From Candidatus Firestoneibacteriota bacterium (GTDB taxonomy: Bacteria > Oederibacteriota > D2-FULL-39-29 > JBDRBU01): a stretch of DNA of 26,284 nt. A program made the position numbers and the translations under genes. The DNA is taken from contig JBDRBU010000041.1 in assembly GCA_043822305.1 (NCBI GenBank), positions 1 to 26,284 of the forward strand. Direction: 5' to 3'. Positions within the stretch are counted from its first letter, which is position 1; every line of letters starts with the position of its first letter. Below are positions 7,614 through 16,045 of the stretch, piece by piece. The notes below the pieces were generated by a model, which saw only the letters and a list, made by a program, of their open reading frames with translations, was not told the origin of the DNA and ran no database searches.

Positions 7614-8837
7614 TTACTTTATTTCCATCTGAATAGTGGTCCCCGGTAAAGAGGTTTCTATTTGAACACTATCACTCCCGGTATCTACCTCTCCCAACTT
7701 ATTTTCAAGCAGAAGTTCAACACTATATTTACCATCAGGGACATAACTTCCATTATCATCCTTCCCATTCCAGATAATACTTGAAGGTGGTTGTTGTTTT
7801 TTCCCTTCAAATCTTCTGACTTTAGTTCCAGTCTTATCTTTTATACTTAACTCCCATCTCCTTATTCCAAACTTACTTCCTCCCTTAAGTTTTATCTCTA
7901 CTTCTTTTTTAGTTCCAACCGGGGAAAACATCTTTGGGTTAGTCTCTACTTCAACTGTAAATACACTAAATACCCAGGTAAAAGAAACACGGTGTGAAAG
8001 TCCCAGACTTTGTGATGCTATTGCATAATCCAAACCATATCCTTTATAAGAAAGTCCTATTCCTGCTGTCACTTCTGTTTCATCTAGACCACCCCTTATT
8101 CCTATAAAAGGATAAAGCCAGTATTCCAGACCTACATGGAACTTAAAGGCCGAAGTAAGAGTTTTTTCTATATCATTGGTTAAGGATAAATTGCTATCAA
8201 GAAGCTTTAAGGCTACGCCAAATCTAAAGTTTAAGGGATAAGTATCCATCTCGTCTTTTAACTTGATTCTGGGTGCAATAATATTTTGAATATTCCCTCC
8301 CAGATTTAAAAATTCAAACGGTTTGTAAAGGAAACCTATATCTACTCCTGCACCCACTCCTTCGTAAGATAAAATTTGCTGATAAACCACCTTAAATGTA
8401 GAACCTAAAGATAAATCTTTAAGAATGTTCATACCATATGAAAGAAGAACAGCAGCTTCAAGATCATAAAAAGAACCTATAATTTCACCATACTGATTAA
8501 TCTCTTCGAAGCCGGTAGAACTTAAAATCACTACTCCTAATCCTATTCCTCCCAGATTTTTAAGAGGCTGAGCATATGAAATAAAATCATAATTTGTGCT
8601 TTCAAAAAGAAAAGCATGTAACCCTGTTATCTCTTCTGTTAATAAATAAGATAAACCCGCTGGATTCCAATAAGTACTCGTAGAATCTTCAGCCAGTCCA
8701 ACAAAAGCTTTTCCCATGCCTAATGAACGTGCCCCGGCTCCCCAATTTAAAAATGTACCGGGAAGTCCAGCATATGTTCCAGCATATGCATTACTTATAA
8801 CAAATATAGCCACAATAAAGATACATATTTTTTTCAT
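7614..8837 (-). CDS. PorV/PorQ (FadL-like, UPF0164) outer-membrane beta-barrel with C-terminal FlgD-type Ig domain
   Basis: Signal peptide MKKICIFIVAIFVISNAYA. Family motif GAGARSLGMGKAFVGLAEDSTSTYWNPAGL. Amphipathic strands end at HRVSFTWVF, then WELSIKDKTGTKVRRFEG...IIWNGKDDNGSYVPDGKY. Confidence 0.8.
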   Translation of the reverse strand: MKKICIFIVAIFVISNAYAGTYAGLPGTFLNWGAGARSLGMGKAFVGLAEDSTSTYWNPAGLSYLLTEEITGLHAFLFESTNYDFISYAQPLKNLGGIGLGVVILSSTGFEEINQYGEIIGSFYDLEAAVLLSYGMNILKDLSLGSTFKVVYQQILSYEGVGAGVDIGFLYKPFEFLNLGGNIQNIIAPRIKLKDEMDTYPLNFRFGVALKLLDSNLSLTNDIEKTLTSAFKFHVGLEYWLYPFIGIRGGLDETEVTAGIGLSYKGYGLDYAIASQSLGLSHRVSFTWVFSVFTVEVETNPKMFSPVGTKKEVEIKLKGGSKFGIRRWELSIKDKTGTKVRRFEGKKQQPPSSIIWNGKDDNGSYVPDGKYSVELLLENKLGEVDTGSDSVQIETSLPGTTIQMEIK

Positions 8838-11800
8838 TTAACTACCCCTATCTTACGTTTTAAGACAGTAGTCCCACTACTCGCTTTAACCATAATATAA
8901 CATATATAACCACCATTAGCCACTATCTCACCAGACCCGTTAGCCCCATCCCAAAAAACCAAATTGGTACCTTGCATTCCTCCAAGTTCTCCTATTAAAA
9001 ACTCCTGCCGCCAAACCAGATGACCAAAAAGGTCATGTATCTTTAAATCTACATTAGCATCCTCATCTAAATAATATTCAATAGTAGTTTTCTCCCTACC
9101 AGCCGCAAAAGGGTTAGGATAATTAGTTGATGTACTTGTAATCATAGTACTCGTCATATAAAAAGTTGCACTCTTTATCGGCTCAATATTTCCACCTGTA
9201 TCAACACTGTAAAAATAAATAGTGTGTTTCCCTACCCTGACCTTATCAAATTGAGTATTATTTATATTAAAGGGCCCTTCATAAAGCACAAAATTCGGAG
9301 TATTGTCTATTTTGTAATAAATCTTTGCCACAGGCAATCCATTACCTGGTGTTGTTTTAAACTTAAGAATACTATTCTCCTTTACATAAATTACTCCTCT
9401 CCTGTTAAAACCAAGAAATTCTATTTCAACTGAAGTAGTTGACGGAGTTAAATCAACCTTTATTTCTAAATCATATGTCACATTTTCTGTTTTTAATCTT
9501 ATAATATTTTCCCCGGCTATACTACCAGAAGTTAAAGCACCTGTTATCTGTCCATCATTATTTGTTAAACCGAATCCTGTTATAATCGTTCCTCCACTAT
9601 TTTGTGTTATCTCAGCCGTTACCCACTGATTAACAAGAGGAGAGTCATTCTCATCAGATACACTAACTAAAATAGTTGCTGACCAGCCGGCTCCCTTAAT
9701 TGTCGAAGGATCAGAGACAGCATATATTTTCATTCCCGGCTTTGATCTAACAGAAAATTGGTTTGACACTCCAGATATACTACTTTCTATCACAGTAATC
9801 TTTGTAGTTTCCACACAAAATAAAGTGGTGGTTAACGGCGTCGTGGCTAGGCCATTAGTAAAATTTACAGAAGTAGTGTAAGCTGGCGATCCACCTAATC
9901 CACTTAACGGACCACTATAAAATAATGTTTTAACTCCACTATATTCAGTAGCCACATTACCACTACCATCTCTGGCCACAAGTGTAGTCATATTAAACGG
10001 TATCCCAACATAGACAACATCTGGTAGACTTAGACTAAAGTAAGAAACAGAAGATGAACCTACGGTTATTAAATTGGAATCTCCAGAGACAGAACCTTCA
10101 ACTATATGAATTTGGATAGTTTCTGCAACTACAAGAGTTGTAGCCAAAATTGTCGTTGCGACCCCATTAGCAAAATTTACCGAATTTGTATACGTTGGTG
10201 TTCCAGAAGGACCACTATAAGTAAGTGTTTTTAAGCCGACATACGCTTTGGCTATATTTCCATAAATATCCTTAGCCGTTATGCTTGTTATGTTAAAAGG
10301 AACTCCAGCCGTCACTGGCGTAGGTGATATTATCACAAATGAAGTAGCACTACTAGAGTTTACTGTTATTAAAGGTGAAGTCCCGGTTATTGTTGTTGTG
10401 GCCGTAATAGTTGGAGTCTCTCCTGCATTGGTTAAGATAAAACCAGATACAGTTGAAACTCCATTAGTAAATATCTGGTTGCCATCAGTTGGCTTTGTCG
10501 GTGGTGTATTATTTGGTGAATTTGTTGCTGGCCATGTCCAGGTAACAAACTTAAAACCTGTATAACTAATAGCAGTATTTCCCTCATTATCCCTTGCTGT
10601 TAATGTGACCGAAAATGAAATACCTGCTGTTTCTATCCCATTATTCTGTATGACTACATTAAAATTAGTTGCAGAATTTGGAGCAACATTAATACTGTTA
10701 GAATCTCCTGAAATTCCTACTTCAGTTATATGTATAGCTACTGACTCCACTTTAACTAATATAGTAGTTAAAATAGTGGTAGATGCTCCAGCAGTAAAAT
10801 TAACTGATGTTGTGTATGTCGGTGGATTGCCAAACGGACTATTTCCTGGTCCACTGTAAACAAGAGCCTTTGGACCCGAATAACTTGTGGCCAGGTTACT
10901 ATATGCATCATAAACCGTAATAGGATTAATAATAAAAGAAATACCAACAGTAACATTGGGCGGTGCAGTAAAACTAAAGGTTGAAGGAGTACCATGGAGA
11001 ACTATTATCGGAGACGATATTCCATTAACAGAACCAGATGTGGCCACAATAGTAGGTGTTTCTCCACTATCCACCAAAATAAATCCAGATTTCGTTGTTA
11101 ATCCAGAGACAAATGTGCAATCACCATCAGCCGGTTTTGTTGGTGGAGTATTATTTGGTGAATTTGTTGCTGTCCATGTCCAGGTAACAGAAGTAGTTCC
11201 TGTAAATGTCGAAGTATTAGCATAAACATCTAATGCCATTAAATTTACTGAAAATGATACACCTGCTGTCTCTGTCCCGCTAAGCTGGGTAGTTACTACA
11301 AAACTATTCATTGTTGGATGACCATTAACTGTAATAGGAAAGGAAGTTCCATTCAATAATCCACCAGTAGCCGTTATTGTTGGTGTTTCTCCTGCATTCG
11401 TTAAGGTCCAACCTGGGACAGTTGAAACTCCATCAGTAAATGTCTGATTACCATCCGATGGTTTCGTTGGTGGTGTATTATTTGGTGAATTTGTTGCTGT
11501 CCATGTCCAGACTATACTTTTGCTTCCAGTATAACCGGCAACAGGATTTCCATATGCATCACATTCTGATAATACGACTGAAAATGTAACACCAGCTATT
11601 TCTACCCCATTATGTTCCGTAACAACAGAAAATTTAGATACAACGTTTGGATTAACAGTTATTAAATTAGATGTCCCACTCACAGTAATTTGTGTTACAT
11701 TTATGTTTACTGCCTCTGCTCTGACTAATGTCGTTGGTATATTAATGACTACTCCATTTGTAAAATTAACGGGTGTTGTGTATGTTGGTGAATTCCCAAA

Positions 11801-14800
11801 CGGACTGTTACCCGGTCCGCTATAGGAAAGATTCTTAGAACCATTATAAGTTGTAGCAATATTCCCAAATGTATCTTTTGCTGTTATATTCGTTATATTA
11901 AATGAAACTCCAGCCGTCACTGGTGTAGGTGATGTTATTGTAAACGAGGTAGCATTACCAGGATTTACTGTTATTAAAGGAGATGTCCCATTTATTAAAC
12001 TATCAGAAGCACTAATAGTTGGTGTTTCTGATGCATTGGTTAAAGTAAAGCCAGGAACATTTACAATCCCATTGGTAAAATTCTGGTTTCCGTTCGCTGG
12101 CTTAATTGGAAGATGGCCATATGGTGAATTAGTTGCTGTCCATGTCCAGGTTATACTATGAACACCTGCATATCCAGTAGCAGTATTTCCATAAATATCT
12201 TTTGCTCTTAATGTCACATAAAATGATATTCCTGCTGTTTCTATGTTATTATGTTCTGTCGTAACTGCAAAACTGTTTCCGGTACCAGCATTAACTGTTA
12301 TTAAATTTGAATCTCCGGCTATTAAACCTTCCACTATGTGTATGGCCACTATTTCTACCATAACTAATGTTGTAGAAATAATTGAAGCAACTCCATTTGC
12401 AAAATTAACCGGATTTGTATAGGATGGATTTCCAAACTCAGGACCATTACCAGGGCCACTCCAGACAAGAGTCTTTGAACCACTGTAACTTGTAATAGTA
12501 TTCCCATAAATATCACAGCATGTAATTGTGGTCATATCAAATGGAATACCAGCATAAACAGATACAGGTGCAACAATACTAAAATTATTTGCAGAATTTG
12601 GATTAACTGTAACGCTATTAGAGGTACCACTCACAGTAATTTGTGTTACATTTATATTTACTACTTCTGCCTTCACTAATGTAGTTGGTATATTAGTCGC
12701 CACTCCACTTGTAAAAGTAACCGAGGTCGTGTATGTTGGTAAATTTCCAAACGGACTATTTCCCGGTCCACCGTAAACAAGAGTTTTTACACCATTATAG
12801 CCGATAACTATATTTCCATATGAATCTTTTGCTGTTATATCCGTTATATTAAATGAAATCCCCGCTGTTACTGGTGTGGGTGATGTTATTGTAAATGAGG
12901 TAGCATTAGCAGGATTTACTGTTATTAAAGGGGATGTCCCTGTTATTGTTGTTGTTGCTGTAATAGTTGGAGTCTCTCCTGTATTCGTCAGGGTAAATCC
13001 TAGTACAGTTGCAACTCCATTTGTAAATGTCTGATTACCATCTGATGGTTTCGTTGGTGGTGTATTATTTGGTGAATTTGTTGCTGTCCATGTCCAGGTA
13101 ACAAATTTAGAACCTGTATAACTAATAGCAACATTCCCGTAAGCATCTTTTGCAGTTAATGTCACTGAAAACGAATTACCCGCTGTTTCTATATTATTAT
13201 TTTGTGTTACCACAGTAAAACTGGATGCTGTATTAGAATTTACTGTTATTGGACCTGAAGTCCCGATGTTAGAACCATCCGAAGCAGAAATAGTAGGAGT
13301 CTGCGATGCATTGGTTAAGGTAAATCCTGGGACAGTTGCAACTCCATTAGTAAATGTCTGATTACCATCTGATGGTTTCGTTGGTGGTGTATTATTTGGT
13401 GAATTTGTTGCTGTCCATGTCCAGGTTATACTGTGGGTACCTGTATAAGCGGGAGTAGTATTTCCATATATATCCTTTGCCGTTAATGTCACTGAAAATG
13501 GACTACCAGCTGTTTCTACATTACCATTCTGTGTTACTACTTGAAAATTATTAGTAGAATTTGGGTCAACTATAATACTATTGGAATCGCCACTCACTGT
13601 GGACTGTGTTATATGAATAGATACTGTTTCTACTTTTACTAATGTAGTAGAAATATTTGTCGCTACTCCGCTTACAAAATTAACTGGATTAGAATAAGTA
13701 GGAGTGTTGCCATATAGACTGTTACCGGGCCCACTATAGGCAAGAGTCTTAGAACCATTATAAGTTGGAGAGATATTTCCATACAGATCTTTTGCTATTA
13801 TATTTGTTATACTAAATGAACTTCCTGCTGTTACTGGCGTGGGTGATGTTATCGTAAATGAGTTAGCACTTGCAGAATTTACAGTTATTGCATTTGAAAT
13901 ACCACCGATAGATCCATCTGAAGCAGAAATAGTTGGAGTTTCTCCTGTATTGGTTAAGATAAAACCTAGTCTAGTTGAAACTCCATTAGTAAATGTTTGG
14001 TCGCCATTTGCAGGCTTTGTTGGTGATGTATTATTTGGTGAATCCGTTGCTGTCCAAGTCCAGGTTATACTGTGGGTTCCTGTATAAGTTGGAGTAATAT
14101 TACCACATATATCTTTTGCTATTAGTGTAACTGAGAATGAAATACCTGCGGTCTCTACATTACCATTTTGTGTGGATACTGTAAAATTATTAGAGGAACT
14201 TACATTCACAATTATTGCATTTGAAGTCCCAATTATTGCTCCATTTTGTGCTGTAATAGTAGGAGTTTGTCCAGCGTTTGTTAATGTAAACCCCGGTATA
14301 GTTGAAACTCCATTAGTAAATGTCTGGTCGCCATTTGCAGGCTTTGTTGGTGATGTATTATTTGGTGAATCCGTTGCTGTCCAAGTCCAGGTTATACTGT
14401 GGGTTCCTGTATAAGTTGGAGTAGTATTACCATATATATCTGTTGCCGTCAATGTCACTGAAAATGAACTACCTACGGTTTCAGTACCATTATGTTCTGT
14501 CTCAACTCTAAATCTTGAAGTATTACCAGGATTAACAGTAATTGTAGCAGAGGTTCCATTTACGGTGCCAGCTGTTGCAGAAATAGTAGGAGTTTGTCCT
14601 GCATTCGTTAAGGTCCAGCCTGGTACAGTTACAACTCCACTAATAAATGTCTGGTTACCATTTGCTGGTTTCGTTGGTGGTGTATTATTTGGTGAATTCG
14701 TTGCCGTCCATGTCCAAGTTATACTATGGGTACCTGTATAACTTGTATCAGTTTGTTCAGAAATATCTTTAGCCGTCAATGTTACTGAAAATGCTATACC

Positions 14801-14929
14801 TACAGTTTCAGTTCCACCATTCTGGGTTACAACTGTAAAATGAGTGGCAGGCCCACCATATGATAAACCAACAAAAAGAAACATTATAGCCAAAACAGTC
14901 TTTTTATTTAATCTATCCTTGCAAAACAT
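8834..14929 (-). CDS. Large secreted/surface protein: 16 Thr-rich Ig-like repeats, a Big-1-like and another Ig-like domain, and a C-terminal T9SS-CTD/FlgD-like domain
   Basis: 2031 aa with an N-terminal signal-like segment. Repeats of about 100-110 aa carry AKDxYGN motifs. The C-terminus reads NYPNPF...TTIEYYL...VDLKIHDLFGHLV...WDGANGSGEIVANGGYICYI...KRKIGVVK. Its stop overlaps the next start (ATGA). Confidence 0.85.
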   Translation of the reverse strand: MFCKDRLNKKTVLAIMFLFVGLSYGGPATHFTVVTQNGGTETVGIAFSVTLTAKDISEQTDTSYTGTHSITWTWTATNSPNNTPPTKPANGNQTFISGVVTVPGWTLTNAGQTPTISATAGTVNGTSATITVNPGNTSRFRVETEHNGTETVGSSFSVTLTATDIYGNTTPTYTGTHSITWTWTATDSPNNTSPTKPANGDQTFTNGVSTIPGFTLTNAGQTPTITAQNGAIIGTSNAIIVNVSSSNNFTVSTQNGNVETAGISFSVTLIAKDICGNITPTYTGTHSITWTWTATDSPNNTSPTKPANGDQTFTNGVSTRLGFILTNTGETPTISASDGSIGGISNAITVNSASANSFTITSPTPVTAGSSFSITNIIAKDLYGNISPTYNGSKTLAYSGPGNSLYGNTPTYSNPVNFVSGVATNISTTLVKVETVSIHITQSTVSGDSNSIIVDPNSTNNFQVVTQNGNVETAGSPFSVTLTAKDIYGNTTPAYTGTHSITWTWTATNSPNNTPPTKPSDGNQTFTNGVATVPGFTLTNASQTPTISASDGSNIGTSGPITVNSNTASSFTVVTQNNNIETAGNSFSVTLTAKDAYGNVAISYTGSKFVTWTWTATNSPNNTPPTKPSDGNQTFTNGVATVLGFTLTNTGETPTITATTTITGTSPLITVNPANATSFTITSPTPVTAGISFNITDITAKDSYGNIVIGYNGVKTLVYGGPGNSPFGNLPTYTTSVTFTSGVATNIPTTLVKAEVVNINVTQITVSGTSNSVTVNPNSANNFSIVAPVSVYAGIPFDMTTITCCDIYGNTITSYSGSKTLVWSGPGNGPEFGNPSYTNPVNFANGVASIISTTLVMVEIVAIHIVEGLIAGDSNLITVNAGTGNSFAVTTEHNNIETAGISFYVTLRAKDIYGNTATGYAGVHSITWTWTATNSPYGHLPIKPANGNQNFTNGIVNVPGFTLTNASETPTISASDSLINGTSPLITVNPGNATSFTITSPTPVTAGVSFNITNITAKDTFGNIATTYNGSKNLSYSGPGNSPFGNSPTYTTPVNFTNGVVINIPTTLVRAEAVNINVTQITVSGTSNLITVNPNVVSKFSVVTEHNGVEIAGVTFSVVLSECDAYGNPVAGYTGSKSIVWTWTATNSPNNTPPTKPSDGNQTFTDGVSTVPGWTLTNAGETPTITATGGLLNGTSFPITVNGHPTMNSFVVTTQLSGTETAGVSFSVNLMALDVYANTSTFTGTTSVTWTWTATNSPNNTPPTKPADGDCTFVSGLTTKSGFILVDSGETPTIVATSGSVNGISSPIIVLHGTPSTFSFTAPPNVTVGISFIINPITVYDAYSNLATSYSGPKALVYSGPGNSPFGNPPTYTTSVNFTAGASTTILTTILVKVESVAIHITEVGISGDSNSINVAPNSATNFNVVIQNNGIETAGISFSVTLTARDNEGNTAISYTGFKFVTWTWPATNSPNNTPPTKPTDGNQIFTNGVSTVSGFILTNAGETPTITATTTITGTSPLITVNSSSATSFVIISPTPVTAGVPFNITSITAKDIYGNIAKAYVGLKTLTYSGPSGTPTYTNSVNFANGVATTILATTLVVAETIQIHIVEGSVSGDSNLITVGSSSVSYFSLSLPDVVYVGIPFNMTTLVARDGSGNVATEYSGVKTLFYSGPLSGLGGSPAYTTSVNFTNGLATTPLTTTLFCVETTKITVIESSISGVSNQFSVRSKPGMKIYAVSDPSTIKGAGWSATILVSVSDENDSPLVNQWVTAEITQNSGGTIITGFGLTNNDGQITGALTSGSIAGENIIRLKTENVTYDLEIKVDLTPSTTSVEIEFLGFNRRGVIYVKENSILKFKTTPGNGLPVAKIYYKIDNTPNFVLYEGPFNINNTQFDKVRVGKHTIYFYSVDTGGNIEPIKSATFYMTSTMITSTSTNYPNPFAAGREKTTIEYYLDEDANVDLKIHDLFGHLVWRQEFLIGELGGMQGTNLVFWDGANGSGEIVANGGYICYIMVKASSGTTVLKRKIGVVK

Positions 14930-14973
14930 CTTAACTACCCTATTTAGTTCCTTTATTAGGTCCCTTTATAGAA

Positions 14974-15019
14974 TCGGGGTCGTCCCACGGGGACTTCCTT
15001 TGGTTGTCCCTGACCACGA
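14974..15019. repeat. REP-like palindrome interrupted by one copy of the 24-bp repeat
   Basis: TCGGGGTCGT[CCCACGGGGACTTCCTTTGGTTGT]CCCTGACCACGA. Removing the bracketed 24 bp (14984-15007) gives a 20/22 match to the reverse complement of 3165-3186. Confidence 0.8.
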
Positions 15020-15036
15020 CATACCTTATGGTCGTA

Positions 15037-15453
15037 TCATTTCTCTTGTATTTTTTTTAATATAGATAATTTTTCTGCACCATTTTGTTTTGCAATATCA
15101 AGAACATCAACAACTTCAAAACATCTGTTTTCTTTATCGGCCACAAGTGTAACCATTTTATCTTTACTCTTAAATATTGCTTGTTGTAATTCTATGCCAA
15201 GATTTCCCCTTTTCACTTCTCTCCCGTTAATAATAATTTTACCTTCTTTAGTTAAAATGACATTTACATTTTCGCTTTGCGTTACCTTTCCTGTCTCAGC
15301 CCCAGAAGAAGATTGGCTTACCCTGATACCGGCTTGCATAATAAAATTTGCTGTTACCATAAATATAATAACCAAAACCAGACAAACATCAACTAATGGG
15401 GTAACATTTATATCTGTTATTGCGCTTTCTTCTTCACTGGTTTTTACGGCCAT
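15037..15453 (-). CDS. exbD: ExbD/TolR biopolymer transport protein (second paralog, 138 aa)
   Basis: Start moved to the ATG at 15453 (GGAG just upstream; MAVKTSEEE parallels MAMSVSSEEE of the paralog). Contains [21 protein letters not shown] and VTLVADK...[13 protein letters not shown]. Confidence 0.9.
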   Translation of the reverse strand: MAVKTSEEESAITDINVTPLVDVCLVLVIIFMVTANFIMQAGIRVSQSSSGAETGKVTQSENVNVILTKEGKIIINGREVKRGNLGIELQQAIFKSKDKMVTLVADKENRCFEVVDVLDIAKQNGAEKLSILKKIQEK

Positions 15454-15949
15454 GTTTTTCTCCTGGCGAATTCTGCCATTCTCTTGATAAGGCAACTGCT
15501 CCTGTTCTAACCATCTCTTTAATGCCAAAGGGTCTAACGAGTTCTAAAAATGCGTTTATCTTGTCAAAGGTTCCAGTGATTTCTACGGTAAAGGTTTTAG
15601 AACTGATATCTATTATCTTCCCTCTAAAAACATCTACTATCTGTATTACCTCTGGACGACTTACCGAATTAATATTAACTTTTATTAAGGCTAATTCTCT
15701 GTTTATAAATTTCTCTTTGGTCATATCAATAACTTTAATAACATCAATTAATTTATTTAACTGTTTACTCACTTGTTCTAAAATTATATCGTCTCCGCTA
15801 ACGACAATAGTTATACGGGAAATCGAAGAATCCTCTGTTTCGCCTACTGTTAAACTTTCTATATTAAACCCCCTGCTTGAAAAAAGTCCACTAATACGAG
15901 ATAAAACCCCAGACTTATTTTCAACTAAGACTGATATAGTATGTCTCAT
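15434..15949 (-). CDS. ilvN: Acetolactate synthase small (regulatory) subunit
   Basis: [60 protein letters not shown] and EMVRTG. Confidence 0.96.
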   Translation of the reverse strand: MRHTISVLVENKSGVLSRISGLFSSRGFNIESLTVGETEDSSISRITIVVSGDDIILEQVSKQLNKLIDVIKVIDMTKEKFINRELALIKVNINSVSRPEVIQIVDVFRGKIIDISSKTFTVEITGTFDKINAFLELVRPFGIKEMVRTGAVALSREWQNSPGEKHGRKNQ

Positions 15950-15974
15950 AATTTAATCCCCCTTTGGGTCCCTT

Positions 15975-16033
15975 GGGGTCAAACTTTTATTTTTCATTTA
16001 TCATCTCTGACTGAATTTTGAAGGTTTGGCCCC
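15975..16033. repeat. Imperfect inverted repeat between ilvB and ilvN
   Basis: GGGGTCAAACTTT (15975-15987) and AAGGTTTGGCCCC (16021-16033), 11/13 complementary, enclosing an AT-rich spacer. Confidence 0.5.
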
Positions 16034-16045
16034 TTTTTTCTTTTT

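Noticed and set aside
9750..14854. Diversity-generating retroelement (template/variable repeat) explanation for near-identical blocks in the giant gene
   Set aside because: No reverse transcriptase in the window, and all copies are in-frame domain repeats at 327-bp spacing with too few differences to show an adenine-specific pattern.
14927..14945. Sequence upstream of the giant gene (ATAGGGTAGTTAAGATG on minus) resembles its own 3' end (ATAGGGGTAGTTAAATG)
   Set aside because: The match is short and both sites double as RBS-plus-start regions. It is not enough to claim a direct repeat or excisable cassette.
15454..15528. Longest-ORF starts for exbD (15528), tonB (6974), ilvD (19419) and the 4509 ORF (5528)
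   Set aside because: Downstream starts at 15453, 6944, 19404 and 5462 have clear GGAG-type RBSs and fit the expected N-termini.
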